Below are positions 63,421 to 64,000 of a stretch of 64,000 nt of DNA, one piece after another. The DNA is from Candidatus Poriferisocius sp. GTDB lineage: Bacteria > Actinomycetota > Acidimicrobiia > Acidimicrobiales > Bin134. Positions within the stretch are counted from its first letter, which is position 1. The number at the start of each line of letters is the position of its first letter. Where the stretch lies: positions 2,834,782-2,898,781 of the forward strand of contig NZ_OZ242338.1 in NCBI RefSeq assembly GCF_965208475.1. The letters run 5' to 3'. The position numbers were made by a program, and so were the translations under genes. The notes under the pieces are model-generated. The model had not been told where the DNA came from. It did not search any database and saw only the letters and a program-made list of their open reading frames with translations.

Positions 63421-64000
63421 TCAGTGGCTGGTGCGGTAGTCGCCGAACTTGGAGTCGCGCTCGGAAAGGGTGGTGGTGAGGCCCTTCTTCTGGATCGAGG
63501 CCACGAAGTCGGCCATGGCCTGGGTGTGGGTGCCCAGCGCGCACAACTCGGTGCCGGCCCGGATGCCGGCCCGCATGCCCATGTGCTCCATCTGGCGGTG
63601 TACCAGGCGCTTGTTCATCTGGAGCAGCTCGGCGGGCACCTGGGCAATGCGCTCGGCGATGTCGAGCACGGCGTCTTCCAGCTCGTCTTCGGGGTAGGCG
63701 GCGTTGGCCCAGCCCCTCTCCACCGCTTCGATGCCCGACACGTAGTCGCCGGTGAGCATCATCTCCATGGCCTTGCGCATGCCCATGAACCAGGCGTGGA
63801 AGTGCATGTCGGGCACGCCGAAGCGGACGGCGGGATAGCCCATCTTGGCGTCTTCGGCCATGTACACCAGGTCGCAGCCGGTGGCCAGCTCACTGCCCCC
63901 GGCCAGGCAGTAGCCGTGGACCTGGGCGATCACCGGCTTGGCCAGATCCCATATGCTCATCCAGCCCTCGGTCACATGGCGGGGCCACTGGCCCTCGCCG
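63421..64000 (-). CDS. Enoyl-CoA hydratase/isomerase (crotonase) family protein, 5' end beyond the window
   Basis: IAQVHGYCLAGGSELATGCDLVYMAED oxyanion-hole region. The frame stays open to the window edge. Confidence 0.8.
   Translation of the reverse strand, partial: GEGQWPRHVTEGWMSIWDLAKPVIAQVHGYCLAGGSELATGCDLVYMAEDAKMGYPAVRFGVPDMHFHAWFMGMRKAMEMMLTGDYVSGIEAVERGWANAAYPEDELEDAVLDIAERIAQVPAELLQMNKRLVHRQMEHMGMRAGIRAGTELCALGTHTQAMADFVASIQKKGLTTTLSERDSKFGDYRTSH

Overview
The window is 64 kb of high-GC, gene-dense bacterial chromosome. The gene content and synteny (tadA next to tRNA-Ser, rpsF-ssb-rpsR-rplI-dnaB, a DUF5318-like gene, many acyl-CoA and oxygenase genes) point to Actinomycetota, possibly Acidimicrobiia; that placement is inference only. 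All calls come from reading the supplied ORF translations for family motifs and reading the DNA directly; no database search was run.

Core content:
- Three tRNAs: Arg-ACG, Ser-CGA and Ala-TGC.
- tadA, xseAB, panB, the rpsF-ssb-rpsR-rplI-dnaB block and a 1456-aa Lhr helicase.
- A livGFHM-type ABC importer with its binding protein, plus two orphan binding-protein paralogues.
- An MdlB-type ABC exporter and CopC.
- Many catabolic enzymes: a Baeyer-Villiger monooxygenase, a P450, two PhyH-type dioxygenases, two acyl-CoA dehydrogenases, two amidohydrolases, aldolases, an arylsulfatase, a molybdopterin oxidoreductase, a fused double CoA-transferase, an amidase and a crotonase.

Accessory content is unusually dense. 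There are nine toxin-type loci: VapBC, MazEF, DUF433/DUF5615, an HTH plus nucleotidyltransferase pair beside tRNA-Ala, a Fic plus DNA methyltransferase block, Phd-VapC with vapC split by an IS3-family element, HipBA, a second Fic, and an RHH-PIN pair.

The most unusual observations are structural:
- An identical 16-bp direct repeat occurs three times and brackets the hipBA cassette and a membrane-protein cassette.
- A 37-bp imperfect direct repeat brackets the second fic gene.
- An AT-rich-flanked Fic, beta-class methyltransferase and small-ORF block has no recognisable endonuclease.

No rRNA genes or CRISPR arrays were seen. The many long antisense ORFs are treated as high-GC artefacts.
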